Shown here in pieces: positions 40,497-51,347 of a stretch of DNA of 64,000 nucleotides (position 1 is the stretch's first letter; each line of letters opens with the position of its first letter). The position numbers and the translations under genes are program-made. Under the pieces are notes generated by a model that saw only the letters and a list, made by a program, of their open reading frames with translations, searched no databases and was not told the DNA's origin. This stretch comes from Octopus bimaculoides (lineage: Eukaryota): contig NC_068999.1 in the NCBI RefSeq assembly GCF_001194135.2, positions 47,126,021 to 47,190,020 on the forward strand, read 5' to 3'.

Positions 40497-43400
40497 TAGA
40501 GATGCAATCAACTGGTGTATTTTTTTTGTAATAACTCACACGAAGAAGCACATAACCCTACTAAGAGACTCACTTGACCAGAGATGTTTAAATTATATAC
40601 AAAGATGACCAAAATATTCTCCTGCATGCTCCTGGACACTGAACTAATTTTACATGCATTTTTGGTTGTCATCAGAGTAAATTGTATATATTTTCTTTCT
40701 CCAAACAGCATTCAGACCAATTACCTAATATGGAAATTCAAGCTGATGTATGTAAATCACTTTGTTGATTAGTGTAGTTTGTGTTATTATTTTCACTTTA
40801 GTCTCTAGAGTGTGTTATTTATTTCAGCTGTGGCTTAATTTTGTGCATGTTGTATCAGTTTTGTAGAAAGTTATTTTATACAAATCTCAATTACAGACTC
40901 ATTCCCCTCACAAACAAACAAGATGTTGTTGGCTGTTATTATTTTTATTATTATTAAATATTTTATTAATATTCATTTTAACACACTGTGAAAGAAACTA
41001 ATCTATGATAACGAGATATCTTCTTTTTTTTTCTATTCTTCTCCTTGTCAGTTCTATATAAATTGAATTCTAAATTATTTTCAAGTGTTCAAATATTTCA
41101 TGTTATAATACTTAAAAAGTAGAAAATTTCATTCTTAAATTTAATTTTTTTTAAGCATAATTAGGATTTTCTTAGAATATAGAACAAGAAACCAACTAAT
41201 ATAATTTACATATCGTAAAATACCTTAAGAATGAGAACCCAGATTCGAAATTTCCCCAAGACACCTGATGAAGGCTGGAGGGTATATCAGCCGAAACGTT
41301 GTGTTAACAACAAACAAGATGAGGACAAATATCTGTCAAATGTAAAGGCAATAATTTAAACCAAGTTGTTAATTGGAAGCAGAAGTAAAACTTGTAGCTA
41401 TTTAAGTTTTTTTTTTTTTTTAAGTTCTTCAGTTATTGAATTTGAAAAGTACTCTTTTCAGTGTAAACATTTGCTGCGTTCTTTTTGTTTCCTAGTGAGA
41501 GGAATGACATGTAGAACAGGTTTTGTGGCTGTGTCACATTAAAGTATTTATACAGAGATAAAAGAACTGCAATAGTATTAAATAACAGACGTTTATCAGA
41601 AAGGATGTTTACTGTTGATAATTTTTGAAGTCACTTTTCTCTCACCCCACCATTAGATATCTTGAATTATTTATTAATCACATTTGTAGCTCCAACTCGC
41701 ATAAACTGTTGTTTTCGTGTTACTGTGAAAACAAACCTTGAATTTTGTTTTGTCTTTATTGACCCTATTTACTTCAAAAATCAGATATAGCCACTCAGAA
41801 TTTTATTACCCTTAACCCTTTAACATTCAGATTAAATTGTAATATAATTCTTATTTATTGTTTTGAATTAATCAGGCATTATGCTGTACCTTTTGAGATT
41901 TTGATGATGTGATTGTATATTTTTCAAATGACATTGTAGAGTAGGTGTGAGAGATCCAATCTGGTTGCTTTGAATACAAAACAAAATATTTTGGCCAGAT
42001 TTGGCCGGTTTAAATATTAAAAGATTAATTGCAGAAAGTTTTTTTTTTTTATAGCAAATCTATGTTTTGTTGAGGAGTGTCATGTTTGAAACTATTTCCT
42101 ATTGAAATCAAGTTCATTGAGACAAATGTGACTTGCAAAAAATACCAATTCTTGATTTTTAGTAGATATTTAATGTTATTTCTAGGGTTAATCACTAAGT
42201 TGGTTTCCCTTTGTTAGATGATTTTAAAATGTAGTTTAGATGTTTTTGAGAATTTGAAACACTGGGGTGAATTAAGGTTTTGTTAACCCTTTGGAGATGG
42301 ATCCCCATTTGGAGTTTCACTGCCAAAAAGATGGAGTCATTTATGACCTAGGGACCTCCTCTTGAGCTGAGTGTTCCTGAGAAAGTTGGCAGCATAATTA
42401 TTAGTCTCTCTGACAAACATTGGAATGAGATTCAATGGGAAAAACAGCGTAAAGTATTCCACTGGGTTGCTTATGCCTTGTGGCATATCTCTAGGCCCTA
42501 TATTTTCTAAGAATTCATAGGGGTCATCTCTATCTTGTTCAGTATCCCTAATCCTAAAGCAAGGGTTCACAACATTATCTCCATCACCATTGTCGTTTTG
42601 ATCTTCTCCATTACTTTTCTGGTTGTTTTCACCAGTTTCAGTGTCAGATTCATTGCTAGGTCGAGAGAAATCAGACTCACTAAGGATATTTCCATCAGTG
42701 TCACTGTTGGACTTTGCAAACTGTCATGGAAGCCACCATTAAAAGGCTCAGATGTGCAAGAAATGCGAGAAGCAATCTGATTGGCAGGTAAGAAGACCAG
42801 CCAGTTAATCTCACGGCTTGTATTATTGGGCTGATGGATCAGCCCAGTCGTTTGGCCAATAGATTGTCTCCCTGTTGTCTCCTAAGAGTTAAGCACCAAA
42901 GTTTGTAACCAGACTACTCTTTTACTTGTTTCAGTCATTTGACTGCGGCCATGCTGGAGCACCGCCTTTAGTCAAGCAAATCGACCCCAAGACTTATTCT
43001 TTGTAAGCCTAGTTCTTATTCTATCAGTCTCTTTGGCCAAACTGCTAAGTTACAGGGGACGTAAACACACCAGCATCGGTTGTCAAGTGATGTTGGGGGG
43101 GGGACAAACACAGACACACATATATATACATATATACAACGGGCTTCTTTCAGTTTCCATCTACCAAATCCACTCACAAGGCTTTGGTCGGCTCGAGGCT
43201 ATAGTAGAAGACACTTGCCCAAGGTGCCACGCAGTGGGACTGAACCCGGAACCATGTGGTTGGTAAGCAAGCTACTTACCACACAGCCACTCTTGCGTTC
43301 ACTTTGATCCGATAAGCAGATTCAGTTTCACAGACTAGTGAAGAACAAATCAAATATTTTAACTTTAATTAATACTAATTATCTTTTATGAAATATTAAC

Positions 43401-46400
43401 TTCAATCATTTCCATTTTCTCAATACTTAGCATGAATATAATTTTTAACGAAGATAAAGTTTAAAAATCAAGTGTGGTTTCTTTTTCTTTCTTTTTTTTC
43501 TTAAATTAAATCTAAGAAAAATTTTCCTAGAAAACTTTCAGATTTTACTCAATTTTTAATAATGCAATAGATTCTTTTTTTTTTTTTTGTTCCAGAAAAA
43601 AGGTATTTGAATCTTATTTAATTGGAATTTCCTGACGGTATTAATTATTCCCTTACCAATACATATTTCAGTTTTAGACATTTAGTTCTGTATTTGGTAG
43701 ATTTCTTGTGATCCAATTCAGATTTGATCCACCTAAAACTTATTTCATCAAATGTTTTTATACATTTTGTTTTTTATGCTTTTTAATTTTCTTTGCCACT
43801 ACTGCTGCCACCACCACCACCTCCCCACCAAGTCAAATGTTTTTTCTTTTTCCTCTTCATGTATGTTTTGTTTTATAAATGTTGTTTGCATGATAGTTTT
43901 GTAGACTTAAACACCTTACCTTCTTCATAATAAATAGTATGAATGTTTCTAATTCTTAATTAATTATATAATTTGATTGCTTCATCTCGGAGTTGAGAGA
44001 AAACTGTGGTTATACCTTGAATAATTTGATGAAAAATTACTTTCAATTATAATTTCAATTTCTTCTGATTATTTCAGGAATATTTTGGGAAAAATTTTAA
44101 ATTCTAAGATTTCTTTAGTGTCACTCAAGTCATTTGATTCTTTTTTTTTTAACAGCCTACAATTTGTAATTCCATTTTTTAATTACAATTAGTTCCAACT
44201 GAATGAAGTTTGTCTTTTAATAAGATTTTGAAGTGATTTTTAAAAAATTAATTTTTTATACAAGAGTGTTTTTTACAAACTTAGAAGCACCAAATGAGTT
44301 GGTATTTTATAGAAACACTTAGAAAAAAACCATTTCAAGTTGACAAAAATACCTGAACAATCTAGGATGGGTACTTGCAATCTTCTGTGAGTCAGGAAAA
44401 GTTCCTGTCTAGATTTTATCATTTAATGTTTTTATGCTTGAATTTGTCAGATGGAATTTGTTGAGGCAGATTTTCTTTGGCAGGATGCCTTTCCTGTTAC
44501 CAACCCTCACCTGTTTCCCTTCAAGGAAATATTTCTCCCATGGCCTGACATTTTTCACACAAGACCGGAAATGAAAATCTTTCATAATGCTCATTTACAA
44601 CCATCCCATGATGTCACGACGAGGAAGCACACACACAAAACAGGCTTCTTTCAGTTTCCTTCCATCAGATCCACTCACAAGGCTTTGGTTGTCTTAGGAC
44701 TATAGTAGAAGACACTTGCCCAAAGTGCTGCACAATGGGACTGAAACCAAGACCATATGGTTGGCAGGAAAGCTTAACAATCCAGCAATACCTGCACCAT
44801 ATATACATATATATAAACAGTAGCATGTCTCTTCTGTCCCATTGGTGCAGTGAATGTAACAATTACCAACTTTTATAGTCTGTTGGTTCACTTGAAACTA
44901 CAGTCTTGACTCCTTCAAATTCAACTGGAATTATGACACAAACCACAGAAGACTGGTTTCTTGTGGGAAGTTATTGACCTAAAAAAAAAGTGCAAATGCT
45001 CTAATTATGTTTAATGATGTTTCTATAGTCTGCTGCAATTTATTTGCTTCAATAATAATGCTGTAGCAAATTCTTAATGAACCAATCCTTTAAACAATTT
45101 AAATTCCTGTTTGGATGGTTTTAACACAGTCCTCTGACAAATAGTCTCATATTCTTGAAACTATTGTTATTAGCAAAACCAACAGCACTTGTGCCCAGCG
45201 TCGCCTTCCTGGCACTCGTGTTGGTGGCACATGTAAAGACATTCGAGCGAGATTGTTGCCAGTACTGCAGGACTATTTGACTAACAATTTGAAACAGAAT
45301 TGTGAAAATTGATGACAATCTGGAGTAACTTTTGTTATAATATATGGAGACAAAAAAAATCATTTTTGCACTTTTAAAATAATCTTGCTTTTTTTTTTTT
45401 TTTCAGATCAAAAGATTCACACATTCTCAAGGCTTAAGAGGGAGAAGAAAAGGGATTTATTTAGAATATATTTTGGCAAAAATTTTTTTTTAATATGTAA
45501 AATAAACCTCATTGATTTAATAATCATTAGTCCATGTAAAAACTGATTTTTTTGTTAGAAATATATCTATTGAACTGTGATTCTTATTTTTCTTTCCAGA
45601 CTCTTCCTGCTGTTACACAAGTTGATGAATTTGCTGCGGTCTCTTTAACAGACATGAGGGCACCACAAGAAAATCGTAAGCCTTTTTGCTATTTAATTTC
45701 TGATTTACTGTATTTTCCAGCATACAAGTCAATGTGGGGCCCAGATCGCTAGATTTTAGTCTCAATTCCCAGACAGGGCGGTACATAGTACTCTTAAGCG
45801 AAACACTTCATTTCATGTTGTTCCAGTTCCCCTTTCGATCAGCGGAAAATATTGGCCTGCATGCCTAGCTAGCAGGGTTGCAACATTTGAAGGCTAAAAC
45901 CATGAAAAAAGTGCATTGTGACCAGCAACGTGTAACAACATCTGATAGCCTGGCTGGTCGCACAATCACAAGTCAATGTAGTATATAGTGTAAACGTCCA
46001 AACATTATCAGCATCTTAATGAAAAATAAAATGGAACAGGGTGAAGGGTGAGTTTTGATAATCATTGGCCATACACTGATTGTTCAAGATATTTGTTATT
46101 AGAGATTGTATCAATGAAATACATTACTGTATTGGAAGAATATATAGGAATTCTGTGTAGAACCCTGAAAGAACGACCATGGGTGCTTGCTGCATGAAAC
46201 ATTAATAGTAAAGTTTATGTTAATATACTTAGAATAGTAAACTAAGAAAATATGACTTTAACTCTTTGCCAGTCCAAAGCAGTTTCATAATTTTGCCCCC
46301 TAAGCATCCCTGCAATTTTCATACTTTTAGTTCTTCTTTCATACGTTCTGGATAACAAAGATTTTTTGGGGGGGAGGTGTTCAAGTTGACAATTTATTTC

Positions 46401-46990
46401 ATTGGCCTCAAAAGGCAAAGCTGACTTCAGTGGCATTCGAACTCAGTACATAAGCTTGTCCAGCATAGTAATAATTCTGCCTTATTGTAAAAATAAAGAA
46501 TCTTTACAGTAACAATATTTATCTGAACAAAAATCATTCAACTTGGAAAATACAAAACATTAAAAAGTGTTCATATTTTAAACCTTTTATTAATAATAAA
46601 TATAATTAGTTTCATGGAAATGAACCCCTTGAAGTAAGAGTTAAAGAAGCTGTTAAATCAATAGAAAAAGTATCAAACTGATTGATTGTCAGGTCAATAA
46701 TTTTCTTGTAATAATTGAAAGTAAGAATATAAAGTTATTTACAGACATTATGAGTTTGTCTGTATGGAATTATATGTATATTAAATATTTTTCTTTTGTT
46801 TTTAGGTCCTGTGAAATCGTCCAATGTCGATGTAATCATTGTTAAGCCACAAGATTATAGAGAACCAATGCTAATCAACCATGATTTAGAATTAAAAGAT
46901 ATTCAAACTGAACAGCAAGAATCTCCAGAAGACCAGCTTTTGAATAATAAAGAGAAGTCTGAACAAGAAGTTAATTCTATTCACTCATAG
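19890..46990 (+). CDS. SLC16A10: MCT10/MCT8-like MFS transporter, join(19890..20133,27748..28355,38044..38410,39717..39823,45600..45675,46806..46990), 1587 nt = 528 aa + stop
   Basis: All five introns are GT-AG and exon phases (1,0,1,0,1) join into one open frame. It has the MCT signature PPDGGWGW plus [35 protein letters not shown] and [10 protein letters not shown], which are typical of the SLC16A2/SLC16A10 subfamily. In-frame upstream stop TGA at 19839-19841. Confidence 0.93.
20715..21310 (+). mobile_element. Head-to-tail trimer of SINE B
   Basis: Three consecutive copies; the first two start at attgaatcg. Confidence 0.75.
22855..23052 (+). mobile_element. Short (CAA)n-tailed repeat; relatives near 18136-18260 (-) and 60500-60680 (+)
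   Basis: Shared ctgctagaaatagca..caaatc.....caaatc and a caacaacaa tail. Confidence 0.5.
24020..24298 (+). mobile_element. RTE 3' UTR-type repeat copy
   Basis: Shares ...ccaacccatgccagcatggaaa...gttaaa-(GAT)n with the 3' UTR of the LINE at 29178. Confidence 0.8.
25543..26262 (+). mobile_element. Head-to-tail trimer of SINE B separated by (ATT)n
   Basis: Copies near 25543, 25797 and 26047, each preceded and followed by ATT/AGT runs. Confidence 0.8.
26890..27068 (+). mobile_element. RTE 3' UTR-type repeat copy (diverged)
   Basis: Same terminal motif and (GAT)n tail. Confidence 0.7.
27748..28355 (+). CDS. SLC16A10: SLC16A10-like coding exon 2 (SWVGS...FVPFVHL)
   Basis: Acceptor ttttaattccAG ends at 27747, donor GTAAGT at 28356; hydrophobic TM segments. 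Confidence 0.95.
28490..28700 (-). mobile_element. RTE 3' UTR-type repeat copy (strongly diverged)
   Basis: (CAT)n-ttaatgtcc...ttccatgttgg start. Confidence 0.55.
29178..29843 (-). mobile_element. 5'-truncated RTE-clade LINE (ORF end, 3' UTR and (GAT)n tail) in intron 2
   Basis: 29843-29598 encodes [17 protein letters not shown]...GRGRPRKTW...KTRQAK*, followed by a 3' UTR ending in GAT repeats; CpGs are retained. Confidence 0.9.
30575..30830 (-). mobile_element. Unclassified SINE-like repeat
   Basis: GC-richer block; its cttgcacgttaatt motif recurs near 36940. Recognised as repeat-like only. Confidence 0.45.
35005..35155 (+). mobile_element. Short RTE-tailed repeat subfamily; also 31860-32070, 34645-34740, 44440-44640
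   Basis: Shared tggtcatggggaaatgttaccttacttgga...gagggttggtgacaggaagggcatc. Confidence 0.6.
35866..36088 (+). mobile_element. Mariner-derived MITE, third copy
   Basis: Same TIRs and interior. Confidence 0.75.
37161..37300. repeat. 23-bp minisatellite, about 6 units (tgaaacaactgactaatgaccga)
   Basis: Units at 37161, 37185, 37208, 37231, 37254 and 37277. Confidence 0.85.
37655..38017 (+). mobile_element. RTE 3' UTR-type repeat ending about 27 nt before the exon 3 acceptor
   Basis: Terminal motif and (GAT)n tail. Confidence 0.75.
38044..38410 (+). CDS. SLC16A10: SLC16A10-like coding exon 3 (IKHTQD...GPPVA)
   Basis: Acceptor tttatttcAG ends at 38043, donor GTAAGT at 38411; encodes R312 and D364. 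Confidence 0.95.
38995..39340 (+). mobile_element. RTE 3' UTR-type repeat with three internal ~65-bp hairpin units
   Basis: Near-identical to the 3' UTR at 29178-29597. Confidence 0.85.
39717..39823 (+). CDS. SLC16A10: SLC16A10-like coding exon 4 ([14 protein letters not shown]...PKITQ)
   Basis: Acceptor ctttAG ends at 39716, donor GTAAGT at 39824; last TM helix. Confidence 0.93.
41260..41305 (+). ncRNA. Minimal type I hammerhead ribozyme (Penelope-type)
   Basis: GACAC-CTGATGA-A-GGCTG-gagggtatat-CAGCC-GAAA-CGT-T-GTGTT: stem I GACAC/GTGTT, intact core, stem II GGCTG/CAGCC, palindromic ACGT stem III. Confidence 0.8.
41812..42028. mobile_element. TTAA-flanked piggyBac-like MITE; copies at 34742-34964 and 58128-58350
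   Basis: TTAA ends, terminal cccttt(a/g)cattca / taaat(g/a)(c/t)taaagg, shared acattgtag.gtaggtgt.aga core. Confidence 0.65.
42283..42892 (-). mobile_element. Internally deleted piggyBac element
   Basis: TTAA at both ends (42283-86, 42889-92); TIRs CCCTTTGGAG/CTCTTAGGAG. The open frame 42723-42337 has an acidic N-terminus followed by FLENIGP...PVEYFTLFF...VRETNNYA. Confidence 0.85.
42917..43298 (-). mobile_element. SINE A, near-consensus full copy; other copies or fragments near 5890, 10990, 12326, 23505, 24300, 27380, 31035, 32120, 33340, 44630, 51082, 53670, 61715, 62840, 63060, 63615
   Basis: Complete head, (TA/CA)n and tail structure shared by all copies. Confidence 0.88.
45600..45675 (+). 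CDS. SLC16A10: SLC16A10-like coding exon 5 ([11 protein letters not shown]...QEN)
   Basis: Polypyrimidine acceptor tttttctttccAG ends at 45599, donor GTAAGC at 45676; phases fit exons 4 and 6. Confidence 0.75.
46806..46990 (+). CDS. SLC16A10: SLC16A10-like terminal coding exon (RPVKSSNV...NSIHS*)
   Basis: Acceptor ttcttttgtttttAG ends at 46805; acidic C-terminal tail, TAG at 46988-46990. Confidence 0.75.
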
Positions 46991-49900
46991 ACAAAAAAAA
47001 AAAGGAAAAAAAAGGAACTATGGATTAACTTTGGAACCCAGAATTAAAGAAATGCCATTCATGATCTCCAGCAGTCAATGCCACTTATTTCAATCTGTTA
47101 AAATGTTCTAAATTATAATTTTTTAAAAGATTTTTATAAAATTTTAAGCCTTTTCCATCCATTGAAGAAATTAAGAGCAGGAATTTTTTTTGACTCTTTA
47201 ATACCAGTTGCAAACTATTTGTTAAAGTTTAAATTCCTTTTCGTGCCAGATTCTATACAGGCATTAAAAAAAGAGAAAACAATCTATCCCACACGATAAA
47301 AAAAGCCTCTTTTATAAACAATGTCAAAATAATGCTTTTTATTTTTTTGCCTCCCTCGAAGCAGTGTAACTATTCAATTCAATAGTGACCAGTCACAAAA
47401 CTATAATCCTCCCTATTATAGAGTATGAGGCCTGAAAATTTGAGGGGTGGGGCAAGTTGATTACCTTGACCCCCAGTGCTTAAATAACATTCTATCAACC
47501 CTGAAAAGATAAAAGGCAAAGTTAACCTCGGCAGAATTCAAACTCAGAACATAAAGCCAGAAGAAATACCAGTAATCATTTTGTCTGGCCTGCTAATAAT
47601 GAATCTGCCAGCTCGCTGCCTTAATAGTGATTTCTTAGAAGATATTTCTCTTCAAATGTAAAGGAAATTGTCTATAAAGATATCATTTTGCAGGGTTATT
47701 GTTAAATTATATTTGCCTTCATTCATTGAAATATGTTTTATTGGAAATTAATCAAAATTTTACTCACATTGATCTATTTACTTTTGGAGATGTTCTTTAT
47801 TGATTCTATCGTTGGAGGGGGTGGGTGGGTGGAAGAGGAACTAGAATTTCATTTCCATTTAAGATAATGGGGATAACTGGGCAAAAAACTATATTTTGGC
47901 AGTTTTCTGCTATCCATAACTCACAAAACCACTTCAACTACCTCGTCCTGATGGATTTAGGAATTGAAAGAATGGTAACGCTATCAGTTGGCATAAGTGA
48001 TTGTAAAACTAAGAACTTTCAAGAATTTGCTTTCTTTAACTAAAGCAAATATAAACCTCAGAGAAATAAATGTTTTATATATATTAAACATTATAAGTCT
48101 TGATTTCTTTCTGGTCACTGATAATCAATTGTCAGAATTCATGTTGATGCCAAGGAAACCAACAATTAAGTTTATTGACTAGCTTATTCTTTAATTCTTA
48201 TAAATTACCAGTCGTAACCTGTCACTACGCTGCTGGGTAACAACCTAATCAAAATGAAATAGATCTCCTTGATATGCTCAACAACAACCTCTTTTTTTTT
48301 TCTTTCACACACTCAACAAGTCATTAGAGCGAGTCTTTTTTAAAGTCAGTGTTGTCTATATGTTGACACAAACAACTCAAAAGATAACTATGTATCTTAT
48401 TTTTCTAAGTCGGTGTTGCAGTGTGTTGACAGACTCGCTTAAAATAACGTTTTTAATCAAAACGTCATAATAACTATCACATACTCTCTCTCAACTTTTT
48501 CTTTTTGCCTTATAAGGATATGTTGTGACAAGTTATCTTCCCCCTCTATAAACAGATGTTATGGATAGATAGATGGAAATTTTTTTTTTTAAGGTTATAT
48601 TCTAGAAGACTAAAAACAAAATCCTTCACTACAACTTAAGATTTCTGGACTAATAGTGAGACAGATGCCCCAACCCCCTACATCAGGTCAATAATATTTA
48701 TGGACACTTACCAGTACACTTACTGGCTGAGATTACATTTTAAATGGTTACTTGTATAAATCATACAAGTACAAAAACTGAGATCCAAAATACTTATCCA
48801 AACAGATAAGAGGAAGACAAAACTAAAAACCAATCTTCATCGACTGCTGCCAGACCATGTTAAGAACAAGAAACGATCTCGGGTGAGGTGGGGTCAAAAG
48901 GATTAAATTATTTTTCTATCACAGTTCTGAGAAACCATTTTAACTTACAAGTAAACTGTTTTTAATTACAGCAAGAAGCTAGAAGTAATTTTAGAGCAAA
49001 ATTTCATTAAATTTAAATCATCTTAAAGAGATACATTATAATACAATAGAAGCAAGTATAGTTGTCTACATTCACAATTGTAGAGTAACTTTGATAGGCA
49101 AAATGGATGCATTTGCTTTGATTAAATAATTAAAATTGGTGTCCTGACTGTAAAAAGCAGTGGAACCAAAGAAAATGTGAAAAAGGAGAGCAGATTGTGT
49201 GGTGAAAGTTTAAAGAAGGAAACTTAGTTGAGACAGAAACAAGAGTTTGCTGATCTGTAGTGTGGAGAGATGGATGATGTGGATAAAGGCAGAAATGTCT
49301 GGGGTGTTAAGAAATTGGAAGTAATGATGGTGAATTGTGCAGATGAAAGATATTAAAGAAGAAAAAAAAAGTGGGGTGAAGTGGCATCGATACTATTACT
49401 GGTGTAGCAGTTCAGGGGTTTGCTCAAACTGGGGGAAAATTTGAATCTCAGTGAGGTCTAAAACAAAGTTTAATTGGAACCCATCTGACACCCCATGTCT
49501 ACTCCATTCATATGATGTATTGCTTTCTTCAATAATCTCAGAGCATGACTATAAACTTGTTGGGGTTCATGAAAATAACAGAAGGCTAAATACAGTTTCG
49601 TTTGTTCTCTTTGAGAGAAATAGAAGCATTTAGAGATGGGAAGATCAGTGATGTGACAGAGTGGAGGGGATTGAATGCGGTGCAGGGGTCAAATTATGAG
49701 CTTTGAGGCTGTTGCCATGAAGAATGATGGTGTAAAAGGAATTGACTTTTACGGTGAAGGGGAGTGTAAAGTGTGGAATGAGTGAAGAACAATTCATGGC
49801 TGGAAGTGCAATGTGACAGAATTTTGTTAAGGCAGCTACAATTGAGGTAACAAGACAGGTGGGATTATTGGGCTTAACGAAGTATAACGAAGACATTAAT

Positions 49901-50334
49901 GGCAACATTTGAAAAATGTTTGTTTGAATGATGAGGTGGGTGAATATAGAAAGAAATGACGTTATCCAGTAAATCAATCATATTTAACAGGTATTTATCA
50001 ACCCATGTATGCTATGTACTGTAAAAGACATCGGCTTACATCATAACCTTGGTATTTGGCATCAAGAATTGTAAAATCCCACAATAACAAAAGCTGAACT
50101 CATAAGCATCAAAAGTGAACTTGACCGTTCAACAAAAAAACGCTTGAAAAATGAAGTGAAAAAATTTTTTAAATACCTGAATTTCTAAAAAATATTGTTA
50201 TGAGATTCTAGAAATATTTTCAAATGAAAATAGATATGTTGTATTGCTTTGTTCATAATCTTGGGTGATGATTACAAACTTGTTGAGATTCGTGAAAATC
50301 AGACATGTCTTTGTTCATTTCTTCTAAAGTCCAA

Positions 50335-50373
50335 TTAATAAATTTTCTTCAGTTTTTCAAATGTTAGGAAAAA
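50335..50373 (-). CDS. SLC25A30: SLC25A30-like terminal coding exon ([12 protein letters not shown])
   Basis: Preceded by TTCCTTAAT-tgacttcAG; matches the family C-terminus FFxTYEQLKKL; TAA at 50337-50335. Confidence 0.88.
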   Translation of the reverse strand, partial: FFLTFEKLKKIY

Positions 50374-51304
50374 CTGAAGTCAATTAAGGAAAAATTAATA
50401 ACACTACAAAAATTTTTTACCCTTTCATTACAATATTTCTGTTGGAAAACACAGTTTTTGCTTTCATTAATTTTGAGAATAATGAATTTAGTAAAATGAT
50501 TTTGTCATTAAGTTAGTTGGTGTACGGAATTTAAATTAACATGGGATTTTGAGGGAAAGTTTTAATTTAGAGAAAAAGGAAGAATTTAGTAAAATAATTT
50601 TGTCATTATTAAGTTGGTGTATAGGATATAAGTTAACATGGAATTTTGAGGAAAAGTTTTAATTGAGATCACTTTAAAACCGGAAGTTTATATTATGGAA
50701 CCAGGGGCAGTCTCTGGCACTTTGGTATCAAAAAGGTTAAACCATTCCCCATGAGAAGAATATTTCTTTGTGGTCATTCTATATGAGATGGAGTCAGAAC
50801 TTTAGGATGGACATCTTTGCAAATTAAATATTTTTCCTAATTATACCCTAATCATCTCTATGCAGAGTGTGACTTAGTCACGAATGCTAAAAACCTTCAG
50901 GACCCACCTATGTAACCATGGGCAAGCATAGACCACTGCCATCCACCCAGAATGTGACAGGGTAGGGAGGGCTGAAAGGGCTGCACCAGTATTCAAAGGG
51001 TGCTGAGTCACATACCTTTACAGGTTAATAAACTCTCATCCACAATTACCTTTGTAGATTCAATGAGAAGTTTAACACTTATCTTTACACTTGCTTCAGT
51101 CATTAAATTACGCCCATGCTGGGGCACCAACTTGAAGAATTTTTAGTCAAACGAATCAACCCCAGTTTTTTTATTTATTCTTTTTAAACCTGGCACTTTA
51201 TCAATCTCTTTTGCAGAACTGCTATGTTATGGGGTCATAAACACAGCAACAACACTGGTTGACAAGCAGTGGTGGGGGACAAAGATACACACACGCACAC
51301 ACAC

Positions 51305-51347
<43 letters not shown>

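Noticed and set aside
49140-49980. Old LINE fragments (RMDD...WGEV on +; NSFY...NSL on -)
   Set aside because: Similarity too weak to call by eye.
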